Origin: Octopus vulgaris
Taxonomy: Eukaryota
Assembly (NCBI GenBank): GCA_951406725.2
Contig: OX597814.1
Span: 116,312,001 to 116,376,000 of the forward strand
DNA: 64,000 nucleotides
Direction of reading: 5' to 3'
Part shown: in pieces, positions 1 through 12,192 of the stretch
How the letters are laid out: every line of letters begins with the position of its first letter
How positions within the stretch are numbered: the first letter of the stretch is position 1
Notes under the pieces: generated by a model
What the model was told of the DNA's origin: nothing
The model's database searches: none
Seen by the model: the letters and a program-made list of their open reading frames with translations, nothing else
Translations under genes and position numbers: made by a program

Positions 1-902
1 CTACTGCTACAGTGTAAAAGGAAAATTATATTTTGCTCATGAGAATGTATAAAATGCTGGAATATGGAATACATAAATATAGACTTTTTTTTTGATGCAA
101 AAGAGAAAGCAAAGTGATCAAAGATCAGAAAGAAAAACTAAAATAAAAGAACACCAAAGCATGAGATTCAAAAGATTCTTGTCTTCAGAAAGGTTAGAGC
201 AAGATAAATCAACTTTATAAAGTGAAATAAAAATAGTAGAAGAAACCTATAAAGTGCAAGAGTGATTGATAAAGATTGAACTGATGTGTTATATGGGTGA
301 TCAATAAATAGATCACGCCACACAGAAGAACAGTAATAAAGGATTTCTTTAGACCAATAATCATAGTAATAGTTAGATAGAATAGGCAAAGAATTGCAAG
401 ATATATCGCGTTATTGATCGAAATGAAGTGATTGCCAAGCGCACAATCTTTGTTCAACCTTCCAATGGATTTTCATTATAACTTTCAAAGATCTATGAAG
501 AAATATTTCATGGAAACCACGAGAATAGTGCATAACATTCTGTTCAGTTTTCTGCAGTTGTTGGGAGTGGTTGAAAACCTGTCTAGAATTTAAAAAAATG
601 TAGAATAAAAAAAAATCCTTATAGATTGCATTCAACTAGAATAAGGATGAGAAAATAAATGGAATGGTGGGGGTAAAAGCGTAACGATAGGTGTAGGCAA
701 GAGTGAAATTAAAGGTTGTGAACAGAAAGTATAAATAAAAATCATTGATCAAATATCAATTTTAATACTCGACCGTAATGGGAGTCACTGAACTAGAGCT
801 GAGTAAATGGAAAATCAAACAGCATTGCCTTATTTCATCCTTCTATTATCTGCAAGATATACATCATGTGCCTTCTAGAAAAAATATATAGTATTAATAT
901 TA

Positions 903-1105
903 GTTTCAAATTTTGGCACAAAGCCATCAATTTCATAGGGGGTGGTGTCGATATAATTGACCCCAGTGTTCAACTGGTACTTGGTTTATTGACTCCGAAA
1001 GTATGAAAGGCAAGGTCGACCTCGGCACGATTTGAACGAAATGAAGGACAAACTGCCGCTAAGCATTTTTCCCGGCATGATAACGATTCTGCCAGCTCGC
1101 TGCCC
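903..1105 (-). mobile_element. tRNA-derived SINE, family A (head aggcggcgagctggcagaatcg)
   Basis: Reverse complement matches copies at 16329, 16558, 31181 and 49762: head, gttcaaat B-box, ggtcgactttgcctttcatcctttcggggtcg core. Confidence 0.8.
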
Positions 1106-2357
1106 TACTAATTTGAATATCGGAACTGCTTTTGAAGTAAATAATAGACATTTTTTGTAGTACTGTCTCTCGATCTATGTATCTACACTTATACATTGCT
1201 ATTTCCGTCTCTCTTACAGCATTGATCGGCTTTCTTTTAAACTCCCTAATATAATTATCATCTAGCCTATTTGCTTTCCCGTCTTTATGTTTGCAATTTA
1301 CGATGTCTCTGTTGCTTTAAATAGTCATTTTGTGTGTGTGTGTGACTGCCTGTCTGTCTGTCTGTCTGTTGTATTAACATAATTAATATAGAGCGTGAGA
1401 GTTAGACACTATTCCAGGTCGGTTAGTATATTGGGATCACTGTGTCACTTCACACGCTGTTAGAGATTCACCTGCTATTTGTCGGATGGGAATTTGGGGT
1501 TTCATGTATTTTATTTACATTTTGACACAATTAGAAAGTCTGTTAAATCGGCCACAGTATATAGCTTGTAATTGAATGTATCAAGTGAGCAAGGAAGACG
1601 GAAAGCAAATTGGACATGGGTGGTATTTAAACTCGAAATGGTAAAATCGGGAACAAATAAAGCAATGTATATTGTACAAAGTCTTAAAGGTCCTGTAAAT
1701 ACCACGCACTCATAGCGAGTTGGTGTGAGAAGGAAAAAGGCCCAGAGAGAAAAAAATATTTGGAGAAGCTAAAAGGTGATGAAATATCTACAAAATGCTA
1801 ATGTAATAAAAGCAAAAAATAGAAAAAATTAGAAAAAAATCGAAACAGCAAAAGCAGAAGGGATTTGTAAAAAGAAGAAAGTGATCAACAGTGAAACAGA
1901 GAGGAAAGAAGAGGAAAATAAATCTAAAAAAAAAACTATTTGGGTATAAACAAAACAATAGAATATTCTTTAAAAATAAGCTGTAAGAGTTTGTAGACAA
2001 GTATACAAATAGAAGCTGGCATCTCTAACTTCGCTTCATTTTCTTTGTGGCTCTGAGTTGGAAATTTCCCTCATGCACACGTTGAGATTTCGAGGCTAAT
2101 GCAGTTTCACACCTCTCCTTGAAAAACGCATTTTTTGAAAAAATTTTTTTCTGATTCCTACGTTTTAGATGTCGGAGATTACAAATATGCGAAAACAATA
2201 TACCATCCACCCCCTTTAAAATTTTCAACTTTTTCGAAATGTTTGTCCCTATGTTTTAAATGATGGAGATTCCGAATATGCAAGAAACCGCGTTTTCCAA
2301 ATTTTAAATCAAGTAAGCATATAGATATGTATATAAAGAGACAGATAAATAAGAATG

Positions 2358-2422
2358 TCTTCCTGGGGCTATAAACAACAGTAACAACGTCCTCTACAGG
2401 ACCGCCACATTTAGTTGATAAA
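2358..2422 (+). repeat. Isolated fragment of the conserved domain of the ~350-bp retrozyme-like family
   Basis: tcctggggctataaacaacagtaac...caggaccgccacatttagttg aligns with 45259-45320 and with the minus strand of 37305-37360. Confidence 0.65.
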
Positions 2423-2600
2423 TATATCTTATGAATAAACGGACAGAGATAAATAGATGGACAGATAAATAAATAAATGGATGAAATACTTCAAAATTTA
2501 AAATTAGGGGAGGGGATCAAATTTGAGCCCCTTATTAAACTTTATAGCATTAATTATCAAACATTAATGTTTGTTTCTCATAAAATGGTGTATATTTAAC

Positions 2601-3430
2601 TAAAGTGTACTAGCCATCTGAATGTGGCTAGCCACTGGGGGTGGGGTGTTACTGATGCTTTTAGCCCCAGGAGATCAACGTCACCAGCTGGCCTTAGACA
2701 CAAAATTTCAGTGCCCTTGTGTTATTTGCAAAGGGAGGTCATCCTCCATCGAAAACCTAAGTGATACATACGGACTATAGTTTCAAGGTAATTGCCTCTC
2801 GTCAACGCATGGTAAACACCGGTTTTCGATGAAGGAGACCCTTGCAAATAATAACATTTAGCGTTTTTCACAGCAACCACTGTCACTGATTTAGAAAAAC
2901 TGTCTGAAAGCATTAATAAATCTCTGAACGAGATATAAACAGTAACCGCTCGACAACGTAAAGTGTACTAGCCATCTGAATGTGGCTAGCCACTGGGCGT
3001 GGGGTGTTACTGATGCTTTTAGCCCCAGGAGATCAACGTCACCAGCTGGCCTTAGACACAAAATTTCAGTGCCCTTGTGTTATTTGCAAAGGGAGGTCAT
3101 CCTCCCTCGAAAACCTAAGTGATACATACGGACTATAGTTTCAAGGTAATTGCCTCTCGTCAACGCGTGGTAAACACCGGTTTTCGATGGAGGAGACCCT
3201 TGCTCGAAAACCTAAGTGATACATACGGACTATAGTTTCAAGGTAATTGCCTCTCGTCAACGCGTGGTAAACACCGGTTTTCGATGGAGGAGACCCTTGC
3301 AAATAATAATATTTAACGTTTTTCACAGCAACCACTGTCACTGATTTAGAAAAACTGTCTGAAAGCATTAATACATCTCTGAACGAGATATAAACAGTAA
3401 CCGCTCGACAACGTAAAGTGTACTAGCCAT
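2601..3430 (-). mobile_element. Tandem 358-bp HHR-containing repeat (retrozyme-like), two units plus a 17-bp stub, with an internal 97-bp duplication
   Basis: Units start with taaagtgtactagccat at 2601, 2959 and 3414. 3107-3203 is repeated at 3204-3300. A long hairpin (gttatttgcaa...catcgaaaacc / ggttttcgatg...ttgcaaataat) is capped by an HHR motif. Confidence 0.85.
2767..2811 (-). ncRNA. Minimal type I hammerhead ribozyme, C3U variant (further copies at 3125-3169 and 3222-3266)
   Basis: Minus strand reads catgcg UUGACGA gagg-caauua-ccuu GAAA cuauag UC cguaug: stems I and II pair, stem III is palindromic, triplet is GUC. Confidence 0.75.
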
Positions 3431-3995
3431 ATATGTATGTATGTATGCATGCATGTATGTATGTATGTATGTATGTATGTATGTATGTATATATGTCATC
3501 ATTCAGTTTATTTCAACATATTTTGCCAATAGAGAAAAAACGGCCGAAGTATACTGCAGCCAACTGGACAAAATGATGCAGACACTTACAAAAAAAACCC
3601 AACCTAGATTAGACCCACTCCTATTTTATTGCAAGAAAACGCCAGACCACACATCGCATAAATGACATTGGTGATACAAGAGTTGGAGTTGGAAGTTCTC
3701 CATCATCCACCATACTCACCTGATCTCGCCCCCACTGACTACCACTTCTTCCCGAATTTGGATAAATTTTGATAGGAAAAAATTTAATCTCGACAATGCT
3801 GCAAAACAGGCCCTCCAAGATTTTGCTGACTCTAGATTGCCAGGCTTTTACAGTTTCGGGCTGGGCAAGCTACCGCTGAAATAGCAAAAGTGTATAGACA
3901 ATAAAGGTGCATGCTTTGATGAATAAAACTATTCCTTGTAGTTGTAAAACATTAGCAATTTTTTCCTTTTCTACAAATTTCGAACTAATACATAA

Positions 3996-4033
<38 letters not shown>

Positions 4034-4409
4034 ACGCACACACTTACACCTAGAACCACGCTAATAGCTTAAAACTTCTCGGTTTTCTATGAATCAATTT
4101 TGATAAAACATTTCCCAACGATTATTGAAAAGGGGGATATGCAACATTTAATGGGCAGATTTTTCACTGAATGTGTACATTTCGGACTCACAATTTAGTC
4201 TGGGAAAAACGAAAGTAATTTTTCCTCCTATACCAGGACAAACATATTCTGAACCAAATATTTTTGTGATTCCAGTTTTTATTTTCGAAGCTTAGCACTT
4301 ATTCTGTGTTATCCTTTTTCCGAATTGTTACCTTACCCAAATATAGCAACACCCGTTGTCAACCGATGTGGTGAGGAGAGAAAGACACAGATATGAATAC
4401 ACACATATT

Positions 4410-4600
4410 TATATAGAGTTTAAATTTACAGAAAAACAAAAAGCGAAGGCAGGTGTATGAACAACAGGCAGATGCATTAGTTTGACGCTCGGGAAAATGA
4501 GAAAGTCTTTTACGTTTCGAGCCTACGCTCTTCAACAGAAAGGAATAAGAGAAAATAAACAGAGAGAGAATAAAAAAAAACTTGTGGATTTAGCTATTTA
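4410..4600 (-). mobile_element. Penelope pLTR-like short element with HHR motif at 4507-4542
   Basis: cuuu CUGUUGA a gagc-guag-gcuc GAAA cg UA aaag, with one core mismatch (A6U). Related copies at 10845-10960 (truncated) and 47320-47545. Confidence 0.65.
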
Positions 4601-5692
4601 TATATAGTAGGCTTATAAACAGGGCTAATTTAGATTGTAAAAAAGAAATGATTTTCGAAATTTGTTGTATTCTTATCCGGTGTGGCGACACCAATTTGAA
4701 TAATTCCAGTGAAATATACATCCAATCTGTTTATATACTCAGCAATTACCGTAACTACAGAAACCTGAAATTACTAATTTGCATCCTGTAAGTGTTAACA
4801 CTCTATTAAATACCGGTGGCCTCGCAATGGGTTTGTCAATCGAAGAAGTATCAAGGTATGATATAATGTATGTAATCTATATAATAGATTTATTAACAGA
4901 AATAACTGAGCTATTTCTACGTAGATTGAAAAAAAAAAATAATACAGGATGAACAACCTGATACATAATTGAGTTTGACAGAGTTTCTCTGTACCAAATC
5001 CACGCACAAAGTATTGTCCAGCCTAGGGCTGAAATACATGACATTTACCCAATGACCGTAACTATTTCCTAGATGGAAATGTCAGTAAGATGTGCACTAA
5101 GGTGAACAGATATAAAGAACACGAACATGGAAAAGTGAAGATATGATTTCCTAGTTACTGAATATTACACTGTATTGATTATAGATAAGTATATATTTAC
5201 TTCTTGTATTACCTTAAACACTGGTATATTTCATAAAGAAAGAATTTTAATATTGAATTAGTAGAGTGTTTCTTTACTAGTTTTCTGCACAAATATATGA
5301 TTAGGCATAATATTTTCGTCTATATGTTAGCGAGAAGAATTATGAAATATGTTAGTAATGAGAAAATTGCTTGAAAATGAAGATGTAATTAAAAAATATA
5401 TATATATCTTTCCAAATAGACAATTTTTCTTAGCCAAGAATTTATGGAAATAAATATATAACAAATTCAGTGGCAAATACTTAAGAACGACGGTAATCGA
5501 CTTAATTGCTCTTAATATTTCATTGCTACTTATTGTATTGGCGCCTAAAGCAGAACACCGACAAAAATATAAACTTTACAAATGAAAAGCATTTTCTAAT
5601 GAGATGGTTGAACAGCGCTCCTTACTCACTTAATGGTAGATATAGGAGCAAGTATTTAAATATAAATACATACATACACACACACACATATA

Positions 5693-5860
5693 CTTTATTA
5701 AAAAACCAGCAAAAATATCACAAAAACTGTTGCTCAGGGTTTCACGTTCACGTTCGTCAGACAGTTTTGTTTAGAATTTCTAAACAAAACTGTCCGACGA
5801 ACGGGAGCGCGAAACTCTGAGTAACAGTTTTTGTGATATTTTTGCTGCTTTTTAATAAAG
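5693..5860. repeat. ~84-bp-arm inverted repeat made of two head-to-head HHR-bearing segments
   Basis: Centre at 5777. Left arm (minus): aaaacugu CUGACGA acg-ugaa-cgu GAAA. Right arm (plus): aaaacugu CCGACGA ... GAAA cucugag UA acaguuuu. Confidence 0.85.
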
Positions 5861-5882
5861 CACATTACTCTACCTCTGTAGG

Positions 5883-6897
5883 CTGTTGCAGAGCTGCGGC
5901 CATGCTGATGCACCGCCGTTTTGCTACACCGTTATTACTAAGAGCCTCCTCCAAACTGTGGTACTTGGTGAAGAATGTAGTTTGATATAGCTACCCTCAT
6001 TTGCACCTCTTGTCGTGAGGTAGTTTCATCTGGGACCCTCGATAGGAAGAGGTCCAGATTTGATTTAAAAACCCCTACATGTACTTTGAGCAAGCTCCCC
6101 AGCCTCTTTGGGAGAATATGAAAAAGCTGTGGGTCCTTGAAACCCAGACTGTTGCAGTAAATAGTCCTGAAGCGTGATGACATTGCTGGGATCTTTGGCA
6201 CTATGCAGTGTCGTCCCGTTCTAGCATTGGTGTAGCTTTCAATGCCACAATTTGGCACAATTCTTTCCAGGATCTTCCAGATATATATTACTGCATTCCT
6301 CTCCCGTCTTCTCTCCAGGGATTAGAGTCTTAGCTGTTTCAACCTTTCCCAGTAGCTGAGCAATTGCAAAGGGACGATCTTCTTTGTGAATCTTCTCTGG
6401 ATTGCTTCAAGGTCTGCTGTTAATCTCACACTGGTGGGTGACCATAGCTGTGAGCAGTAATCCAGGCGGCTGAGGACGAATGTCCGCCAGAGGACCATCA
6501 TGGTTTCCTTATCTCTAGTTCTGAATGTTCTAAGGATCCATCCAGCCAGTCATCTGCACTTTGTCGCCATCCTGGTAATGTGCACTTGGAAAGAGGTATC
6601 ATCACTCATGTCGATACCCAGGTCCCTCACTGACATAGGCTCTGGGATTGAAATTCCCTGTAGATCGGTGTACCCAGTAAGTTTCATATATTTGGATGCT
6701 GGTAGCGCAGGGCTTAAATTAAACTGGATATTAAACTGCATATTATTATCCTCAGCCCATCTGTAAATTGAGTCCAACTTCTGCTGCAGGTATGCAACAT
6801 CGCTGGGGTTCTGTATTTTCTGCGAGACTTTCGTATCACCTGCATAGCTTGCCAGAATGGCTATCCGGGTATTTGAGGGCATAACTGAGAGGGCCAC
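5883..6897 (-). mobile_element. CR1/L2-group LINE, 3' part of ORF2 (RT thumb and C-terminus) plus 3' tail, decayed
   Basis: SYAGDTKV (decayed YADDTK), WAEDNNMQFN, VRDLGIDMS, FKSNLDLFLSRVPDE. Tail ggcggtgcatcagcatggccgcag. Confidence 0.85.
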
Positions 6898-6929
<32 letters not shown>

Positions 6930-7689
6930 TGTATGTATGTATGTATGTATGTATGTATGTATGTATGTATGTATGTATGAATGTATGTATGTATGTATGT
7001 ATGTATGTATGTATGTATATTTAAGTCACAATATACGGTCTGTTTCAACTAAACCAGTGGTACTCAAAAAATTCTGATTTAACAACAATTATTTCGCAGC
7101 TCAATAAACATGTAGTATAATAAATTACTTACGTGTGTGCGTTAACATATTTACAATTTTCAAATTAGTGCATACATGTAATTATAAACTATTTTAAACT
7201 ATAACAGAATAAATTATTTATACCTGTTTATTAAAAAACTGTAAATAAAAATAACTCATGAATAGAATAGTAACCCCGTGAACGTCTCGTCAGGTTCTAA
7301 AACCGAAGACAATTGTAACTCTTCCCCTCTGGGTGGCAGGAATCTGTTACTGTCATTTGGCCAGTAAGTCGCCAGAGAATGAATAGACCAGTACGAGTTA
7401 TCTCCCTTAGACCACTTTTTGTGGGCCAAAAGTAAAGGAACAGGGGATTTTTCACTTGGGCTGCTTTCAGATCGTAAGCACCGTTCAGGATCTAATCGGA
7501 GAACACGGAATCCCATGCTTGTAGCAGGTAGCGTTTGGAATGGTTGCTATGGCTGTAAATTTCCTGGCAAGTGTTGAGTGATCCAGAGTTCAGGGAACCT
7601 TTATCCTTGATCGCTCGACTATACTAAACTTGCAGCGCTCACTCCCGTTAATTTAGGGACCCGGCCGACCTAAGATCCACCTCTTGATA

Positions 7690-8657
7690 TAAAACTATTT
7701 TTATGAAATTTCTTTTCCTCCCTCTACTGTGATAAAATTTGGTATATACTCAAAAGTATTCAAAGAAGTTTTATCCTTTTGTTATGATATCATTCTTAAT
7801 AATCTTCTTGACTACCGTAAATTTTTACTTTATACAATATGGCAATGTGTTTGGAAATGGTCTCTAGAAATTTCTTGATTTATCCCTTTCTTAAAGTGCT
7901 CTACACTTCTGATCTTAGCATTTATAAGGGCCTTTATATAAGTAGCCCTTCTTACTAGGTACCCCTAGGAAACTATACATACCATGTATAGGGTAACAAT
8001 AACAACTTCTAAAAACCTATAATATACCTCTTAGTTTTAAATTAGTATATAATTAGAATGTCCTATAACATCAATATTCCTTTAGCTAATACTAGGTATC
8101 AGTCTGTATTGCTACTAGCTAAACAAGTATATAAATAAGTTTTAGTTTAGTATACTTAACTTATTATACATTTTCTTTAAATATTCTCTATTGATGTAAA
8201 TAATGTATATATATACTTTATCATGTTTTAGTGATTATTCTATTTTATTCCTTTTCTATGTTGTTCTGCCCCACCTGATTATTTTATTATTTTATAATAT
8301 CCTTTATTTATTTATAAAATAAATGTAATTTTTGTACCTGTATAACTTATATAAAACAATACCGGTATATTCACTACTTAAAAGAAACTGCTTAAATTAT
8401 AATTTAATTAATACATAGTTAGCATGTTATTTTACCTCAGTACTCCTTTATTAAATACCAGTAATTGCCAATTGATCAATATTCACATATATCACCTGAT
8501 AAGTTAGTATTTAAGTATACAATATGTATAAATATTAAACTATTTCTATATAATTTCTTTTCCTCCCTCTATTGTGGTAAACGTTTGGTATATACTCAAA
8601 AGTATTCAAAAAATCTTTTTATCCTTTTGTTATAAAATTCTTCTTAATAATCTTCTG
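7690..8657. repeat. ~120-bp direct repeat pair (7690-7810 and 8537-8657) in decayed AT-rich element sequence
   Basis: aatttcttttcctccctcta...ggtatatactcaaaagtattcaaa...ttcttaataatcttct occurs twice. Confidence 0.7.
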
Positions 8658-8678
8658 AATGTATGTATGTATGTATAT

Positions 8679-9381
8679 GTATATCAAAATAAGCAACAAG
8701 GATATCTAGAGGTAATGCAGTACGATCGTTTCAAGCAACTCCATTTAATTGAAGAATGCAATCATTTAACTTTCTACAATATGACAATATCGTTTAAAAT
8801 ATTTTACTATAGTACCACATGATAAGATTTCCCCTGTTTCACTATCAACGATCTACTATTGGCTTGCCCCTTTAATTGTCAGCTAACATCTTGATTTAAG
8901 ATTTCCTTTACCAAATCTCATTATATTGCCTCAAATAAATCTTGATAGTTTTTTATGACAATACCTACTATGATTTCTGTCGACTCCCTCAACCCCACTT
9001 CCTAGCAGACACTACTCCTTGTTCTTTTGGCCTTAGATATACAAAGATTTGATAAACTAGTCCATAAATTAATACTGACCCCTTAAAACAGTGACAAGCT
9101 ATATCTGTAACAAGTCTTTCTTCCTGATACCTTAGTAGCTCCTAAGCAGAAGTTAAGTCAGGATGTTCTTTATCTATCTCCTTACCTAGTTGGAGATTTT
9201 TGGTAAAATTATACTAATGTGTCCATCTGTTTTAATTTAATTAAATTCTATGTCTTTATGCAGCTGAGGATTACTCTGCATTTGAATTGATGTAATGATT
9301 GCATTGTTCAGTTAAATGGAGTTGCTTGAAACGATCATACTGCATTACCTCTGGACATCCTTGTTGCTTATTTTGATATAC
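8679..9381. repeat. Inverted pair of ~88-bp pLTR-like segments (8679-8766 and 9294-9381) with a long-stem-II HHR-like motif at 9258-9345
   Basis: Plus strand reads augcag CUGAGGA [~57-nt hairpin] GAAA cgauca UA cugcau. The inverted copy retains the perfect palindrome ACGAUCGU in stem III. Confidence 0.6.
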
Positions 9382-9417
9382 ACACATACATACATACATA
9401 CATACATACATCATATA

Positions 9418-9453
<36 letters not shown>

Positions 9454-9663
9454 TGTATGTATGTATGTATGTATGTTTGTATATATATATATATATATAC
9501 GCACATACCTCCATGCATACTCTTATACATGCACACATATGTGTGTATGTACGTTTATACATATATGTATATGCACATTATATATTTATACATACGAACA
9601 TATTCTCTCTCTCTCTCTCTCTCTAAACACACACACACGCACACACAAACACACACACACACA

Positions 9664-9736
<73 letters not shown>

Positions 9737-10357
9737 GAAAAAAGCAAGTATTAAAAATCTGTCGCGCGTAACATAAAACTGAGTGGGGATGAAGAGGAAA
9801 ACACCGAGAAATAAAGCATAAACAAAGAATAACAATCAGCAAAATAGTATATCCTTTCTAGCTTAGACTAGAAGCTTTACATACAAATTCAAGTGTGACC
9901 CATTTGCTTAATAAAATGTGAGGCGTTCGTGACAGAGTGGAGGAGCAGAAGAAAGAGTATAGGAGATATAAGGTGGTGGCACTACGAACGTTGACACCAT
10001 TAACATTGCCATAACCGGTTGGTTATGAGTCACTACATGTCGATTACTCTCCACGAATAAAGATAAAATAAAAGAATTGTAATTTCTCAGTGAATTATTA
10101 TGAAATAATAAGTAAATACAGCGTGTAAATAGAAAAATGACATTTTCAACAGAACTACACAAAACACTTAGCAACGAGTCGAACATCATCGTTACGGTAC
10201 AGGCCCATTAATTCCTAGATTTTTTTCTTTCAACATTTCTCTTTAACCATTTGCCTCTCTCTTTCATATCTTGCTACCTGTATATATATATCCCTTATAT
10301 CGTATCGTCTATCGTTTCCATATCAGTCTGGCTTTCTCGTTATTATTATCTATCCCG

Positions 10358-10392
<35 letters not shown>

Positions 10393-10443
10393 TGTATGTA
10401 TGTATGTATGTATGTATGTATGTATGTATTATGTATATATATA

Positions 10444-10830
10444 TGCCGTGGTTGTGTGGTAAGAAGCTTGTGTCCCAACCACATGGTTCCTGGTTCAGTC
10501 CCACTGCGTGGCACCTTGGGCAAGAGTCTTCTACTATAGCCTCGGGCCGACCAAAGCCTTTTGAGTGGATTTGGTACTCAGAAACTGAAAGAAGCCTGTC
10601 GTATATATATATATATATATATATATTTGTGTGTCTGTGTTTGTCCCCACCCATCATCGCTTGACAACTGATGTTGGTGTGTTTACGTCCCCGTAAATTA
10701 GTGGTTCGGCAAAAGAGTTCGACAGAATAAGTACTAGGTTTACAAAGAATAAGACCTGGGGTCGATTTGCTCGACTAAAGGCGTTGCTCCAGCATAGCCG
10801 CAGTCAGATGACTGAAACAAATAAGAGAAT
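10444..10830 (+). mobile_element. tRNA-derived SINE, family B (internal TA/TG microsatellite, LINE-like tail)
   Basis: Head gtggttgtgtggtaagaagc...ggttcagtccc and tail ggcgttgctccagcatagccgcagtcagatgactgaaac. Copies at 18772 and 26440. Confidence 0.85.
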
Positions 10831-11057
10831 ATATATATATATAGGGAGGGTTCACGAAAAAAGCAAAAGACGAAGATAAGTGGTGCAGAAAACAAACAGA
10901 AGTATTAGTATAACGCTCATGACTTGAAAAAGTATTTTACGTTTCGAGCCTACGCTCTTCTATATAACCGTTATATTGTCTCTGTCGACTTGTCTCTCGA
11001 GTTATCTATCCTGCTATACATACATACATACATACATACATACATACATACATACAT

Positions 11058-11155
<98 letters not shown>

Positions 11156-12141
11156 GTATATATATATACGTGTGTGTGTGTGTGTATATCCATCTTATAT
11201 CGTTTTCTCTCCTGCTATTTGTATATATAAACATGATGTCTGTTTCCCAATCTGTCTCGTAATTACTTGTCATCATATTTTCTCTTTCTCTCTTTCTTTG
11301 TCATCTAATACATCTATCTATTAATCTATTCTGTCTATCATTCCATCTTTTTGTTTGTCTGCACTTTCCTAACTAACCTCTCTACAATTACGTATAACTT
11401 TTTTCTATTGCCTCGCCTTGCTTCTCCTCTTCTCTTAAATTCATCCTTTTCTATTCTCTACACCATTCGACAACAATGCCCACGTTTAGTCTTAGCACTA
11501 TTCAAAATAGACAAAATTACATACATGAAAAAAGAAACCTTTCTATTTGTCTACATGTGTCGATATCAACTATTTATATGTCATATAATTTGTCAGCCAG
11601 TCTAAGACCAATAAAATAATTTTTAAATATATATATATGTGATAAAATTAATAAAAGGAAAATAATATTATCTTACGAAAATATACTTTAATTTATATGT
11701 GGTTTCAAAACTGTCCCCACCACCAGAAAAATAAATTAAACAAGAAAATACAAAGAAGCAAATTTGTTATTGACTCATTTTAATGAAAGCCAAACATACG
11801 CACAAACTAAAACACAGCTTATATGTATGTATGCATGTATGTATGTATGTATGTATGTATGTATGTATGTATGTATGTATGTATGTATGTATGTATGTAT
11901 GTATGTATGTATGTATGTATGTATGTATCAAGTCAGGTATGTAGCTATACACGTAGCTATAAGTATATTTATACTTGTACGTATGTGTACACAATCGCAA
12001 AAGTATGTTATTGTAAATTTGTTATATTTTGTGTGTATATACCAATACGTACACACATACACGCACATATGTGTATATTATATGTGAGTGTGTGTGTGTG
12101 TGTGTGTGTTTGTGTGTGTTTGTGTATGTCGATGTATACGC

Positions 12142-12192
<51 letters not shown>

